Below are positions 31,711-32,000 of a stretch of DNA of 32,000 nt, one piece after another; position 1 is the first letter of the stretch, and each line of letters starts with the position of its first letter. The DNA comes from an uncultured Opitutales bacterium (GTDB lineage Bacteria > Verrucomicrobiota > Verrucomicrobiia > Opitutales > Intestinicryptomonadaceae), in the NCBI GenBank assembly GCA_934660865.1, contig CAKUIA010000010.1, forward strand, positions 30,001-62,000, read 5' to 3'. Below the pieces are notes generated by a model that had not been told where the DNA came from, made no database searches, and saw only the letters and a list, made by a program, of their open reading frames with translations. Position numbers and translations under genes: made by a program.

Positions 31711-32000
31711 ATGAATATTTTTACCTTAGACTTGGAGGGGGTTTTAATTCCCGAAATTTGGATACGCTTTGCAAAGTCGGTTGGCATTGCCGAGCTGGAG
31801 TGCACCACCCGCGACGAGCCCGACTACGACAAGCTTATGCGCTATAGGCTGGAAATTCTCGACAAGCACAACCTTAAAATGCCCGACATAGAAAAGGTGC
31901 TGTCGAAAATAGAGCCGCTTGAAGGCGCAAAAGAGTTTTTAGACTGGCTTAAAAGCAGGGGCCGCGTTGTGATTTTGTCGGACACTTTCGAGCAGTTTGC
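31711..32000 (+). CDS. thrH: ThrH-like HAD-family phosphoserine phosphatase (5' part; continues beyond the window)
   Basis: Hand translation: MNIFTLDLEGVLIPEIWIRFAKSVGIAELECTTRDEPDYDKLMRYRLEILDKHNLKMPDIEKVLSKIEPLEGAKEFLDWLKSRGRVVILSDTFEQF. This closely parallels the Pseudomonas ThrH N-terminus (DLEGVL.PEIWI.FA...TTRD.PDYD.LM..R...L......L.PLEGA.EF.DWL......VILSDTF). The ATG directly abuts the tolB-like stop. Confidence 0.7.
   Translation, partial: MNIFTLDLEGVLIPEIWIRFAKSVGIAELECTTRDEPDYDKLMRYRLEILDKHNLKMPDIEKVLSKIEPLEGAKEFLDWLKSRGRVVILSDTFEQF

Noticed and set aside
1-32000. Scan for CRISPR arrays, tRNA/rRNA genes, transposases, integrases or inverted terminal repeats
   Set aside because: I saw no regularly spaced direct repeats, no tRNA-like cloverleaf candidates with a T-loop GTTCGAATC-type motif, no rRNA-like segments and no transposase or integrase-like ORFs. 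This negative result is by eye only and should be confirmed with tRNAscan-SE, Infernal and ISfinder-type searches.

Overview
About 60% of the window (513 to ~19,850) is one minus-strand division and cell-wall (dcw) cluster in the canonical order: mraZ-rsmH-ftsL-ftsI-murE-murF-mraY-murD-[LysM lipoprotein]-ftsW-murG-murC-ddl-ftsQ-ftsA-[ftsZ-like]. It continues without a break into a Dabb-domain gene and cca. Most junctions are ATGA or TAATG start/stop overlaps. The main finding is the gene in the ftsZ slot. It encodes only 249 aa. It keeps a recognisable FtsZ N-terminal fold and the FtsA-binding C-terminal peptide (DLDIPTYLRRN). It has lost the tubulin GGGTGTG signature (now QFGGDKS) and the whole C-terminal/T7-loop subdomain. 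Other departures from the textbook cluster are a triple-LysM putative lipoprotein between murD and ftsW and a 75-aa hyper-acidic tail on MurF. A ~0.7-kb non-coding stretch upstream of mraZ is bracketed by two minus-strand intrinsic terminators. The right third carries these genes: a 938-aa PEP-CTERM, beta-helix-like surface protein behind a very AT-rich upstream region containing a T14 tract; a secreted glycoside-hydrolase-like protein; an rpmG (L33) gene too short for the ORF track; a rubredoxin plus flavodiiron-protein pair; a DegT-family aminotransferase; a stand-alone 5'-3' exonuclease translationally coupled to yicC; a TolB-like protein; and the start of a ThrH-like HAD phosphatase. The PEP-CTERM/PATR protein, the O2-detoxification pair and the modified FtsZ suggest an anaerobic member of the PVC group (Lentisphaerota, Verrucomicrobiota or Kiritimatiellota), but this is inference only. 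I found no rRNA, tRNA, CRISPR array or mobile element. All calls rest on reading the sequence and on by-eye motif recognition; no database search was run.
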